Assembly: GCA_017546845.1 (NCBI GenBank)
Contig: JAFYRS010000094.1
Coordinates: 12,573-76,572 of the forward strand
Direction of reading: 5' to 3'
DNA: 64,000 nucleotides
DNA from: Akkermansia sp.
GTDB lineage: Bacteria; Verrucomicrobiota; Verrucomicrobiia; Verrucomicrobiales; Akkermansiaceae
The stretch's first letter is position 1. Each line of letters opens with the position of its first letter. Positions 28,961 to 38,906 of the stretch are shown here, one piece after another. Under the pieces are notes generated by a model. The model did not search any database, was not told the origin of the DNA, and saw nothing but the letters and a program-made list of their open reading frames with translations. The position numbers were made by a program, and so were the translations under genes.

Positions 28961-30042
28961 GCGGTTGTTTCAGAAAAATGGTGAGGGTGGTTGTTGAGAA
29001 AATCTCGTGCAGCGGTCGCGCGGCGGATGCAGAGGGACGGGTCGCCGTTTTCCTCTGCCAGAGCGGTGAGGGTGGCTTGGTCCAGTGCAAAATGGTGAAG
29101 CGCCACCAGCATGTCCCGCTCGCCTTCTGCCCAGCAGATGATACCCTGGAGCGTGCCCAGTCGCAGAAGCGAAATGGCATCGCGAAGCTCCTTGATGCTG
29201 AGGCGGTGGCAGTTGGTCAGCAGTCCGTAGGCGCGGCCGATGGCATCCTGCAGGTGCAGGCCGGGTTCTGCGTGCAGCTTGCGGCGCACCTGCAATTCAC
29301 GGCGAACGAGGTGGTGCACCACATCCAGGAAGTTTTCCTGCAACTCATCTATGCTGCCCTCAGGGCCGGGAATGGAGAAGAGCACAAAGAGATGGCCTGT
29401 GTCATCCTGCGCATCGGAAAAATACGGAGAAATGCTCACATGCAGCTTTTCAAGGGCTTTGGTAACCTGGTTCATCATGTTGGCGCAGGTAAGGCCCGGC
29501 AGGTGCAGCAGGCAGTATAACTGAAGCCCGTCACCTGCTTCTGAGGGAATGCTGGTCAGATACCCGTTCTTTTCGCTGTAGGCAAAGCTAAGGCGCTCAC
29601 TCAGGAGTTCATCAAGCTCGCTGAGCGTATCCAGGCCGGAGTCAAATTCGAGACCGTTGTTGAATACATGCGCCACCAGGTGTTCTTCCTCATTCACCAT
29701 GAAGAAGACATTTTTTTTCTGGGGAATGACCACGTGGCAACCATCCTGGCGGGCAGCCATGCAGGGAGTCATCTGCTTGCGGGTGAGCAGGGCACGGCGC
29801 TGCCCGTAGCTCAGCTCGGGCATTTCGGCATAAAAAGCAGTTTTGAATCCGCGGATTTCTTTGATGACCGGGAGGATTCGTGTGGCTACTGCGGCGCGCG
29901 TGTCCTCTGTGCTCCAGCCAGGAAAAGGGAAATCGGGCAGATTGCGAACCATGCGCACAATGCTGCCGAAGACCACACCATCCGTGGTGTTGCGGTCCGG
30001 ATTCCAGAGATGGGGTGCTCTGAGAAGGGTGTCGAACTTCAT
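28957..30042 (-). CDS. mcsB: McsB-like protein arginine kinase (degenerate active site)
   Basis: RMVRNL..FPFP, MVNEEEHL, GYLTS, LLHLPGL and IGRAYGLL motifs; between mcsA and clpC with overlapping start/stop codons. Confidence 0.85.
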   Translation of the reverse strand: MKFDTLLRAPHLWNPDRNTTDGVVFGSIVRMVRNLPDFPFPGWSTEDTRAAVATRILPVIKEIRGFKTAFYAEMPELSYGQRRALLTRKQMTPCMAARQDGCHVVIPQKKNVFFMVNEEEHLVAHVFNNGLEFDSGLDTLSELDELLSERLSFAYSEKNGYLTSIPSEAGDGLQLYCLLHLPGLTCANMMNQVTKALEKLHVSISPYFSDAQDDTGHLFVLFSIPGPEGSIDELQENFLDVVHHLVRRELQVRRKLHAEPGLHLQDAIGRAYGLLTNCHRLSIKELRDAISLLRLGTLQGIICWAEGERDMLVALHHFALDQATLTALAEENGDPSLCIRRATAARDFLNNHPHHFSETTA

Positions 30043-30542
30043 GAGTGAGCCGGGGGCTGGGAGTTAATCTGGTCGCGCAGTATGGCAGCCCGTTCGTAAT
30101 CTTCGCGGGCAATGGCCTGCTGCAGTTCCCTTTCGAGCCGGGCACGGGTGATGGCGGCGGATTCATCGGATGCCGCTTCGACCGCCTCAGCAGCGGGATC
30201 CAGTTCCCGGGCAAATGCGCTGTAGCAATCCGGGCATCCTAAATGACCCGTGCGGCGGTAATCATCAATCTTGAAGCCGCATACCGGGCAGCGGCTGAGG
30301 ATGTTCCGCCCCGCGGGGGCTTTTGCGGAAGGCTCACCAGCAGTGAGCTCCCGCACCAGTTTATCCAGACGGTTCTTGAATTCCTCCGGGAAAAATTTCT
30401 CGGCAAAGGTGAGTGATTGCGGGTCGAACAATCCTTTGGCCCGGGCACACGCCTCACAGAGGGCAAGTTCGGAAACTTGTCCGTTGATTATCTGCGTCAG
30501 GAACATCGACGCACGCTTGCCGCATATCTGGCATTTTTTCAC
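30039..30542 (-). CDS. mcsA: McsA (CxxC motifs plus UVR domain)
   Basis: Four CxxC motifs, LGCPDCY, AIAREDYERAAILRDQI. Confidence 0.9.
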   Translation of the reverse strand: MKKCQICGKRASMFLTQIINGQVSELALCEACARAKGLFDPQSLTFAEKFFPEEFKNRLDKLVRELTAGEPSAKAPAGRNILSRCPVCGFKIDDYRRTGHLGCPDCYSAFARELDPAAEAVEAASDESAAITRARLERELQQAIAREDYERAAILRDQINSQPPAHS

Positions 30543-30672
30543 GCCACCAGCCTACACCTGCCGCAGACAAATTTCCAGAAATGAACGCGTCTTTCTGTGT
30601 CAGCACGCGTAATTACGCGCGCAATGCAGAGTTGACGCAGCGCGTTGCACATGATAAATTCTCTGCACCGTC

Positions 30673-32493
30673 ATGACTGACCCCACGCAGCAGAACATCC
30701 ACCTGATGAGCGACATCCTGGCAAGCCAGGTGGCTGCCGGTGAGGTGGTGGAGCGTCCTGCATCTGTAGTTAAGGAATTGGTGGAGAATAGTATAGATGC
30801 GGGTGCCCACAGTGTTCGCGTAGAAATCCGCCGGGGTGGGGTTTCGCTCATCAAGATTACGGATGACGGCTGCGGTATGAGCAAGGCCGATGCGGCGCTT
30901 TGCCTGCAGCGCCACGCCACCAGCAAACTGGTGCAGGTGGAAGATTTATTCGCCATCCGGCAGCTGGGATTCCGCGGTGAAGCCTTGCCGAGCATTGCTT
31001 CAGTGTCGCACCTGAGCCTGACCACCCGACGCGCGGCAGATGTGGAGGGGTGGACGCTGAGTTCCGAGGGAGGGGTGGAGACGCCGCTCATGAATGCCGG
31101 TTGTGCTCCCGGTACGGAAATCTGCGTGAGCAACTTGTTTTTCAATACCCCGGTACGCCGCAAGTTCCTGAAAAGCGATGAGACCGAGGCTGGTCACGTG
31201 GAGCACCAGGTGCGCCTTCATGCCCTGGCTTTCCCGGAGGTGCGATTCACCCTGATTCGGGATGGACAGCAGGTGTTTGATGTGCCGGCAACGCACGATT
31301 TGCGCCAGCGTATTGCCGATTTTGTGGGGCGGGAGACAGCGGCTTCCCTTATGCGGATTCGCCCGACAGAAGCCCCCGGCGTGCGGGTGAGCGGATTCCT
31401 CATGCCCATGTCGGCTGCTCGCCGTAACCGCCGCATGCAGTACGTTTTCCTGAATGGCCGCCCCATTGAGGACCAGATTATCAACCGCGCTGTGCGCGAT
31501 GGCTACGGTGGGTTTCCGCCCGGTCTGCATCCGGCTCTTTTCCTGTATCTGGAGGTAGAGCCTGCGCTGGTGGATGTCAATGTGCACCCGGCCAAGAGGG
31601 AAGTCCGCTTCCGCCGTCCGGCAGAAATTACGCTGGCGGTGATGGATGCGGTGGCGGCCACTCTGGCGGCGCATGCCCGCGGAGAGGAGGAAAACGCCAC
31701 TCCAACGCCCCAGCCAGCCGCTGCTCCCGGATTTGAACCCAGAGAGCAGGGAATCAGCCGTCCTGAGCCCGCTGCTCCCAAGCCTGCCACCAGCCAGCGC
31801 CCTGCGCTCGTGCTGCGGCCGGTGGTGACACCGCGCCAGCAGGAACTGGAACTCCTGCCTGCGCCGCCGAAGCCCGCTCCAACTCTGCCTCAAACCATTG
31901 AACCTGCAGCCCCTGTGCTGCCGAATTTCCGGCATATCGGGACGCTGCATCATCAATACGCCATTTTTGAGAACAAGGAGGGCATGGTGCTGATGGCCCC
32001 CCGCGCTGCCCGTGAGCGCATCATCTACGAACGCCTGATTGCCACGAACCGGCATCCTCTTACATCGCAGCAGCTGCTGGTGCCGGAACTGCTGGAGCTG
32101 GATACCCGGGATATGGGTATTGCCCTGGAGGTGAAACCCCAGCTGGAGCAGGCGGGGTTCCAATTGTCTCCATTCGGTCGCAATACGCTGAGAATCGAGG
32201 CTGTCCCTGCCATGCTCCCTCTGCAGAAAGTCGGGGATTTCGTGCAGGAATTGCTGCGGGTGTTCACCAGTGGAGAGGTGCGGCTGACCCGCGCTCGCAG
32301 TCCGTTTGAGCCGTTTGCCCGCCAGCTTGCGCGCCAGTATGCCCAGCAGGAGGAAATGGCCTCGTATCTGCAGAATCCCATGCCGCTGCTGGCTGCCTTG
32401 CTGGAGTGCGAAATCCCGTATTGCAGTCCCGGTGGCAAGAGTACCTTGCTGCCATTTCCGATGAGCGAACTGAACCGCCGTTTTCAGGTGTAA
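30673..32493 (+). CDS. mutL: DNA mismatch repair protein MutL
   Basis: AAGEVVERPASVVKELVENSIDAGA, GFRGEAL and DVNVHPAKREV motifs. Confidence 0.96.
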   Translation: MTDPTQQNIHLMSDILASQVAAGEVVERPASVVKELVENSIDAGAHSVRVEIRRGGVSLIKITDDGCGMSKADAALCLQRHATSKLVQVEDLFAIRQLGFRGEALPSIASVSHLSLTTRRAADVEGWTLSSEGGVETPLMNAGCAPGTEICVSNLFFNTPVRRKFLKSDETEAGHVEHQVRLHALAFPEVRFTLIRDGQQVFDVPATHDLRQRIADFVGRETAASLMRIRPTEAPGVRVSGFLMPMSAARRNRRMQYVFLNGRPIEDQIINRAVRDGYGGFPPGLHPALFLYLEVEPALVDVNVHPAKREVRFRRPAEITLAVMDAVAATLAAHARGEEENATPTPQPAAAPGFEPREQGISRPEPAAPKPATSQRPALVLRPVVTPRQQELELLPAPPKPAPTLPQTIEPAAPVLPNFRHIGTLHHQYAIFENKEGMVLMAPRAARERIIYERLIATNRHPLTSQQLLVPELLELDTRDMGIALEVKPQLEQAGFQLSPFGRNTLRIEAVPAMLPLQKVGDFVQELLRVFTSGEVRLTRARSPFEPFARQLARQYAQQEEMASYLQNPMPLLAALLECEIPYCSPGGKSTLLPFPMSELNRRFQV

Positions 32494-32580
32494 CGCTGCG
32501 GCTGTTATATTTTAGCCCGATGCTCTAATCTTGGCTTGCTTTTCAGAGTACAGCGCGTATAATACCCGGGCGCATTCTGG

Positions 32581-33519
32581 ATGAAGAAACTGCTCTACAT
32601 AGCCGGGCTTTCCTTTGCTCTGGGTCAGATGACCCCGGTGCAGGCTGCTGCTATGCTGGCAGAACCACCGCCTGCGAGTGATGAAGTGACAGAGTCGCAG
32701 CAGCTGGGGCTTGAGTTTCTGCGGACTGCTTCGGAAATGTGGTTCCTGTTATCCGGTATTGGCAGCCGGGATGATGCCGATGCGGCTGCAGCCCGCTTCC
32801 AGGAACTGGTCAAGCGCACATTTGAGCTGGATAACCGCCTGAGTTCGCTCCCCCTGGTGACCCCGGATTCCGAATGTGTCGGTATGATGGATAATGTGCA
32901 GATGCGCATTCTTGAGACACTGGATGACCTGCACGTTGAGTTTGTGAGCATCTGCCGCGCGAATTGCTATGAGTCGGAGGCGCTCAGCCAGGCTTTTGAG
33001 GCTGCGGTGCAGTTGGGCATGTTTGCGCAGGATGATATGGAGCTGATGCATCATCCTGCTGCTCCATTGACAGAGGAAGAAGCCCGTGTGGAAATTGCGC
33101 GCATCCGCCAGCTGGTGGCGCCTGACCGCGCAGTGCTGGATACCCTGGTGGCGGTGCAGGACGAAACCAGCGCCTCTGCTGCCGCGCCGGAATTGCAGAA
33201 GCTCTCACAGCAGCTCCGCAGGCTGCTTCCCGAATTGAAACGCGAGAACCGCGAGTTTGCCCCGGCATCTGTCGTGGTGGCACGCGAGGCACTTGCGCCG
33301 ATTGAGCCTATCCTCTGGGCGATACGCAGCGAGATTGTACGCATAGCCGCGTTGCCTGGCTATGAGGCCGAAACGTATGATGTCTTTTCCGATGCTCTCG
33401 ACAGCGTGTTCGAATCCCTGGGCGCAACGCACTGCGTCTTGTTCGATTCCGTATTTGATGCCTCATTCCGTGCCGACCTGGAGAATGCACTGCAGGAAAA
33501 TAACCTTTCATCACAATAA
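32581..33519 (+). CDS. secreted hypothetical protein with two tandem helical domains
   Basis: Signal peptide; internal duplication (SRDDADAAAA..CYESEAL / QDETSASAAAP..GYEAET). Confidence 0.75.
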   Translation: MKKLLYIAGLSFALGQMTPVQAAAMLAEPPPASDEVTESQQLGLEFLRTASEMWFLLSGIGSRDDADAAAARFQELVKRTFELDNRLSSLPLVTPDSECVGMMDNVQMRILETLDDLHVEFVSICRANCYESEALSQAFEAAVQLGMFAQDDMELMHHPAAPLTEEEARVEIARIRQLVAPDRAVLDTLVAVQDETSASAAAPELQKLSQQLRRLLPELKRENREFAPASVVVAREALAPIEPILWAIRSEIVRIAALPGYEAETYDVFSDALDSVFESLGATHCVLFDSVFDASFRADLENALQENNLSSQ

Positions 33520-33536
33520 ACATAATCTCACCTCTT

Positions 33537-35000
33537 ATGCCTGTTTCTGATTACCTCGTGACCATTGGTCTGGAAGTTCACTGCCAGATTAAGACGGAAA
33601 CCAAGATGTTCTGCTCCTGCAAGGCCGGGTTCGGCTATGAACCCAACACCAACGTGTGCCCGACCTGTCTTGGCATGCCCGGCGCGCTGCCTGTGCTGAA
33701 CAAGTATGCGATTGAGCGCACCATCCTGACGGGCATGATGCTGGGCTGCGCCACTCCGCCTGTTTCCAAGTGGGACCGTAAGAATTACTTCTATGCCGAT
33801 ATGCCCAAGAACTACCAGACCAGCCAGCTGGACCTGCCGCTCTGCATTGGCGGTGAAGTGCCGCTGTATGCCTGGGCATACCCGGCAGATTGCAAGGTGA
33901 AGGCAGACGGCCCGGTGGTGCGCACCGTGAAGCTTGACCACATTCACCTGGAGGAGGACGCCGCCAAGCTTACCCATTACAATGGCTATTCGGTGGTGGA
34001 CTACAACCGCGGCGGCACGCCGCTCATGGAGATTGTGTCTGCCCCGGATCTGGCCAGCCCGGAGGAAACGTACGCCTACCTCAAGAGCCTGCAGCAGATG
34101 ATGATTTGCGCGGGTATTTCGGATGCCGATATGGAAAAGGGCCAGATGCGTTGCGATGTGAACGTATCGCTGCGTCCCAAGGGACAGAAGGAGCTGGGCG
34201 CCAAGATTGAGATGAAGAACATCAACTCCATGTCCGCTGCCCGCCGTGCGCTCATTTACGAGATTCACCGCCAGGCTGAGGAGCTGGATATGGGCATTGC
34301 GCAGGTGCAGTCCACCCGCCGCTGGGATGATACCCTGGGTGAGAGCATCGTGATGCGTACCAAGGAAAACGCCCACGATTACCGCTACCATACCTGCCCG
34401 GACCTGATTCCGGTGCAGACCGCTCCGCTGGTGGAGAAGGTGAAGGACCAGCTGCCCGAGCTGCCGGATGCCTTGCATGCACGCCTGCAGAGCGCTTACG
34501 GCCTGCCTGTGGCCGATGCCAATACCCTGGTGGGTGACTTCAAGCTCTGCCGCTACTTCGAGGAGGCTGCCCAGGGCAGCAAGGCCCCGCGCAAGGTGGC
34601 CAACTGGGTTATCAACAACCTCACATCGGTGCTGGCCGAAAAGGAGCTCAGTATAGAGACCTGCCCGCTGGCGCCCAAGGCTCTGGCCGGGCTGGTGGAT
34701 ATCATTGAGGATGGCCTTGTTTCTAACAACCAGGCCCGCGAGGTGCTGGAGAAGATGTGGGATTCCGGCATGAGCGCGGCTGAGGCCGCGGATGCCATGG
34801 GCTTCAAGAAGACCGATACCAACGCACTGGATGCCGTGGTGGCCCAGGTGCTGGAGGAAAACCCGGATATGGTGGAAATGGTGAAGGGCGGGAATACGAA
34901 GCTCATCAACGCCCTTACCGGCAAGGTGATGAAGGTGAGCAACCCGAAGCCCAACCCCAAGATGGTGACAGAAATCATCCTGGCCAGACTGGGCCTGTAA
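33537..35000 (+). CDS. gatB: Asp-tRNA(Asn)/Glu-tRNA(Gln) amidotransferase subunit B
   Basis: IGLEVHCQ, CPTCLGMPGALP, HLEEDAAK, DYNRGGTPLMEIVS and RCDVNVS motifs. Confidence 0.97.
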   Translation: MPVSDYLVTIGLEVHCQIKTETKMFCSCKAGFGYEPNTNVCPTCLGMPGALPVLNKYAIERTILTGMMLGCATPPVSKWDRKNYFYADMPKNYQTSQLDLPLCIGGEVPLYAWAYPADCKVKADGPVVRTVKLDHIHLEEDAAKLTHYNGYSVVDYNRGGTPLMEIVSAPDLASPEETYAYLKSLQQMMICAGISDADMEKGQMRCDVNVSLRPKGQKELGAKIEMKNINSMSAARRALIYEIHRQAEELDMGIAQVQSTRRWDDTLGESIVMRTKENAHDYRYHTCPDLIPVQTAPLVEKVKDQLPELPDALHARLQSAYGLPVADANTLVGDFKLCRYFEEAAQGSKAPRKVANWVINNLTSVLAEKELSIETCPLAPKALAGLVDIIEDGLVSNNQAREVLEKMWDSGMSAAEAADAMGFKKTDTNALDAVVAQVLEENPDMVEMVKGGNTKLINALTGKVMKVSNPKPNPKMVTEIILARLGL

Positions 35001-35059
35001 GAAGCAAACAGACTTTGACGATGCGCACCGCTTGTGCTACACTGGCGGTGCGCTGTTTT

Positions 35060-36295
35060 ATGTTCCTCTTATTCGACTGCAACAACTTTTTTGCCAGCTG
35101 CGAGCAGGTGTTCCGTCCGGATTGGAGGAACCGTCCGCTGGTGGTGTTGTCGAATAATGACGGATGCGTGGTTTCCCGCAGCCGTGAGGCAAAGGCGGCC
35201 GGCATTGCCATGGGGGAGCCCTATTTCAAGTGCAAGGATAAGCTCAAGCGTATCAACGGGGTGGTCTGCTCGGCCAATTTCCCGCTGTACAGTGATTTGT
35301 CTGACCGCTTTATCGCGATTCTGGAGCAGGAATTGCCCGAGGTGCAGCAATACAGCATTGATGAGGCTTTTGCCGTGGTGCTGCCCGGGGTGGACTGGGT
35401 CAGGATTGCCCGTGAACTGCGCCGCAGGATTTACCGCTGGGTGGGTATTACGGTGAGCGTGGGCATTGCGCCCACACGCACGCTCTGCAAGCTGGCGAAT
35501 GAGGCTGCCAAGCGGCATCCTGAGTACCGGGGCGTGCTGCCGCTTATGAGCCCGGCTGACTGGGAGCCCTGGCTCCAATCCACCCCGGTGGGGGATATAT
35601 GGGGCGTGGGGCGGCGCCTGTTGCCGCGTATGCATGCGCTTGGTATCCGCACGGCTGCAGGGCTGGCGGCCGCAGATAAGGCTTGGCTGCGCAAGCAATT
35701 CGGTGTGCACGGCGAGCGCATGGCGCTGGAGCTCAACGGTATTCCCTGTATTGACGAAGAACCGGCTGCTCCCCGGACGCAGATTATGGTATCGCGCTCG
35801 CTTAAGGAGGCGGTGCCGGAGCTGCCGCGTCTGCGTGAAATCCTGTGCCTCTTTGTGGAAAAGGCAGGGCGCATTCTGCGGCAGGAGGAGATGATGGCTT
35901 CGGAGGTGCACGTAGTGCTGCGTACTTCCCGCTTTGAAGGGGATGCCTCGCAGCTGTATGCCAACAGCGCAGGCATTTCCCTGGGCGGGCATACGGATGA
36001 TAACCGCGAGTTCACCGCCGCCGCCACCCGGCTTCTGGAGCAGATTTACCGCCCGGGATTCCCGTATCGCAAAATCGGGGTGTTGCTCACCGGCCTTTTG
36101 CCCCGCGACAGTGTGCAGCCTACTTTTGAGCGGCCGGATGCTGCGCCGAATGAATTGATGAAGGTGCTGGATAAGCTGCAGCGCGCGGGGCACAACATTC
36201 ATTTTGCCAATCGCGCCTCCACGTTGCCGTGGAAGCGCGAGTTCACATCCCCCAGCTATACGACCAGCTGGGATGATTTACCGGAGGTGTGGTGA
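35060..36295 (+). CDS. Y-family DNA polymerase, UmuC-like
   Basis: DCNNFFASCE, VVLSNNDGCVVSRS, YSIDEAF and C-terminal SPSYTTSWDDLP motifs. Confidence 0.92.
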   Translation: MFLLFDCNNFFASCEQVFRPDWRNRPLVVLSNNDGCVVSRSREAKAAGIAMGEPYFKCKDKLKRINGVVCSANFPLYSDLSDRFIAILEQELPEVQQYSIDEAFAVVLPGVDWVRIARELRRRIYRWVGITVSVGIAPTRTLCKLANEAAKRHPEYRGVLPLMSPADWEPWLQSTPVGDIWGVGRRLLPRMHALGIRTAAGLAAADKAWLRKQFGVHGERMALELNGIPCIDEEPAAPRTQIMVSRSLKEAVPELPRLREILCLFVEKAGRILRQEEMMASEVHVVLRTSRFEGDASQLYANSAGISLGGHTDDNREFTAAATRLLEQIYRPGFPYRKIGVLLTGLLPRDSVQPTFERPDAAPNELMKVLDKLQRAGHNIHFANRASTLPWKREFTSPSYTTSWDDLPEVW

Positions 36296-38452
36296 TTATT
36301 CCTCGTCCTCTTCCTTAGGAAGATTCTGATTCAGGAAATCGAGCATGTAATCCGGGGTGAGCAGCTCGCTGGTCACCACGGGTTCCTTGCCGGGCACATA
36401 GAGGGCATTCACAGGCACGGAACTGCGGTTCAGCTTGCGCATCTCGGCGTCAATCTTTTCATTGGGTGCGGTCTTGTCTGCGCGCATCAGCACCACATTG
36501 GCGGCATCCATGGCGGCGTACACTTCATCGGTGTAGGCCACTTTCTTGTTGGCCTGGCAGGTGGCGCACCATTTGGCGGTGAAGTCCACATAGACCGGGC
36601 AGTCGTTCTCCAGAGCCTCCTGCATGGCGGCAGGTGTCCATTCCACCCACTCAAGCTTGTGCTCAGAGGGAGAGTAGGGGCGGGCACCCCAGAAACCGAC
36701 GGCGGCAAGAGCCAGTGCCACGATGAACCCGATGATGCGGGTGTGCAGCGGGCGGAAGGGCAGGCACCAGCGGCCGTATACCCAGAAGGCTGCGCAGAAG
36801 ACCACCAGGGACATGTTGACCCACATGGTATCCGTGTTTTCGCTTGCCGGCCAGAATGCCAGATATACATACAGCATCCACGCGGCGGCGGCAAAGAGCA
36901 GGAACGAAAGCCCCTGCTTGAGGGATTCCATCCATTCGCCCGGCTGGGGAAGCTTCTGTACCAGTGCCGGGAAGAGACCGAGCACGATGTAGGGGAAGGA
37001 AAGCCCCAGGGCCATGAAGGTGAGGGCGGCGGTCATCCACACGCCGGGAAGCGCCATGGCGGCAGGCATGGCTGCGCCCAGGAAGGGGGCGCTGCACGGG
37101 GTTGCCACGATGGTGACGAAGAAGCCCTGGAAGAAGGAACCGAGCAGGCCATCCTTGCTCTGCACGCTCTGACCCGCACCGGTGATGCCTGCGCCGATTT
37201 CGAACACGCCGTACATGCTCAGGCCCAGCACCAGCAGGAGCAGGAGAATGGCATACACAATCCAGGGATTCTGCATCCACTCCGCCCAGCTGCGGGTGGA
37301 GGAGCCTGCGTCATTCCACAGAGTGGAGAACCACTGGGTCCACGGCACTTCGGCCAGTGTGCCCAGGTTGGAGAAGATAATCATGAGGGCGGAGATAATC
37401 CAGAACGATACCAGGATGCCCAGCACAAAAATCATGGAGTGTGTGAACACCTTGCGGCGGCTGCCGCCACCCATCTGCACAAAGCTCATCACCTTCAGCC
37501 CGATGACCGGGAACACGCAGGGCATGAGGTTCAGGATAAGACCGCCGATGAACAGGGAGAGGCAGAGCGCGCCGATGCCTTCCGGCACGCCATCGGCTGC
37601 TGCCACAGGGGCAGGGGAACCCATCCCGGTATTGACGGTGCAATGCTTGTCTCCGAACACGAGGACACCCTCCAGCGCTGCAAGCGGCTTGCCCACAGTG
37701 GCTTCATCCTTTACCGGATACATGGGGTCGCTGTTATCATTGCGGGTGAGGGAGAGGGTGTAGCTGCCATCGGCATTGGCGGTGAGCTTCTGCTCTGCCG
37801 TGGGGGAGATGCTGTTGTCTGCCGAGAAGAAATAGGCAGCTTCCAGCCCTGCATCAGCAGTGAAGCTCAGGCTGACCTCATTGCCCTGCTGGCTGGCGGT
37901 CACGGTGGTGGCGGTATCGCCAGGGCCGATGGTGAGCTTCTGCTCATCTGCCCATGCCGGGTTGGCGGAGGCATCACCGGCAGTCAGCTCCAGCTCGGTG
38001 GTCTGCGTCTCAGGAGCATTGCAGCCCTCATCGGAGCAGGTCTGCGCCGTGGCGGACATCGTGAAGGTGGCGGAGGCAGGTGCGTTGTCTGCGGGGGTGA
38101 TTTCCCACACAATCACGGGTTTCTCGTATGTATAGGCAACACCGAGCACGCCCTCATGCTTGTGCGGAACCTGCCAGAACGGTCCCTTGATGCTGAACCC
38201 TTCAGGTGCGGAAATGGTGGCGGTCATGGATTCGCCCACGGTGCCGGGGTTCTGCCAGTAGGCATGCCAGGGGGCGGAAATGTCGCCTTTCAGGGCTACA
38301 TAGAACGGCTTGCCGGCCTGGTAGCTCTGCACGCTGGCGGTGGAGGAGACACTCAGTGTGGAGGGCATGCCTCCACCCATGAAATCAAACTGGGCCATGC
38401 TCTGCCCACAGCAGGCCAGCACAGCAAGAACGAAACTGCGAATGAGGTTCAT
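36296..38452 (-). CDS. DsbD-family thiol:disulfide interchange protein
   Basis: N-terminal WHAYWQNPG...CSDEGC domain; TM LNLMPCVFP and ATPCSAP; thioredoxin DFTAKWCATC. Confidence 0.9.
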   Translation of the reverse strand: MNLIRSFVLAVLACCGQSMAQFDFMGGGMPSTLSVSSTASVQSYQAGKPFYVALKGDISAPWHAYWQNPGTVGESMTATISAPEGFSIKGPFWQVPHKHEGVLGVAYTYEKPVIVWEITPADNAPASATFTMSATAQTCSDEGCNAPETQTTELELTAGDASANPAWADEQKLTIGPGDTATTVTASQQGNEVSLSFTADAGLEAAYFFSADNSISPTAEQKLTANADGSYTLSLTRNDNSDPMYPVKDEATVGKPLAALEGVLVFGDKHCTVNTGMGSPAPVAAADGVPEGIGALCLSLFIGGLILNLMPCVFPVIGLKVMSFVQMGGGSRRKVFTHSMIFVLGILVSFWIISALMIIFSNLGTLAEVPWTQWFSTLWNDAGSSTRSWAEWMQNPWIVYAILLLLLVLGLSMYGVFEIGAGITGAGQSVQSKDGLLGSFFQGFFVTIVATPCSAPFLGAAMPAAMALPGVWMTAALTFMALGLSFPYIVLGLFPALVQKLPQPGEWMESLKQGLSFLLFAAAAWMLYVYLAFWPASENTDTMWVNMSLVVFCAAFWVYGRWCLPFRPLHTRIIGFIVALALAAVGFWGARPYSPSEHKLEWVEWTPAAMQEALENDCPVYVDFTAKWCATCQANKKVAYTDEVYAAMDAANVVLMRADKTAPNEKIDAEMRKLNRSSVPVNALYVPGKEPVVTSELLTPDYMLDFLNQNLPKEEDEE

Positions 38453-38615
38453 GCGGGTATTTTACCATACCCCCGTGCATGACTTCAAGCCAACAATTCA
38501 GAAATATCGCTCATTCTTTCCGCTCTACAAGCCCTACAGCGCATGGCGTTTGCAGATGGGGCCCCCACCCGAATTCAAGCTTTACATAGAGCTTCTCATG
38601 TGGTACTAGAATCTC

Positions 38616-38897
38616 ATGATTCCGCTGATTGCTATCCTTCTGCTGCTCCTGCTTTTGCTGATTTACGGGGCTTTTCTGGCCTTTTCCGTGGCGGCGGGGG
38701 TAGCCAGACGCATGGGAATTATTGTGCTGTATACAGCCTGCGCACTGTTGCCAATAGGGATTACCTACTGGTTCATCCCATCATTCATTGTGGGGAATCA
38801 TGAGTTGAGCAGGTCGACCTTTCTGCTGGGCTGCCTCCTGGCAAACCTGCTTATCCATGGGCTGACCCGCCTTTTTGTGTACTTGTACAATCACTAA
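38616..38897 (+). CDS. small membrane hypothetical protein (3 TM)
   Basis: Hydrophobic 93-aa ORF filling the gap, ending 10 nt from the helicase stop. Confidence 0.55.
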   Translation: MIPLIAILLLLLLLLIYGAFLAFSVAAGVARRMGIIVLYTACALLPIGITYWFIPSFIVGNHELSRSTFLLGCLLANLLIHGLTRLFVYLYNH

Positions 38898-38906
38898 GGG
38901 GCTGCC

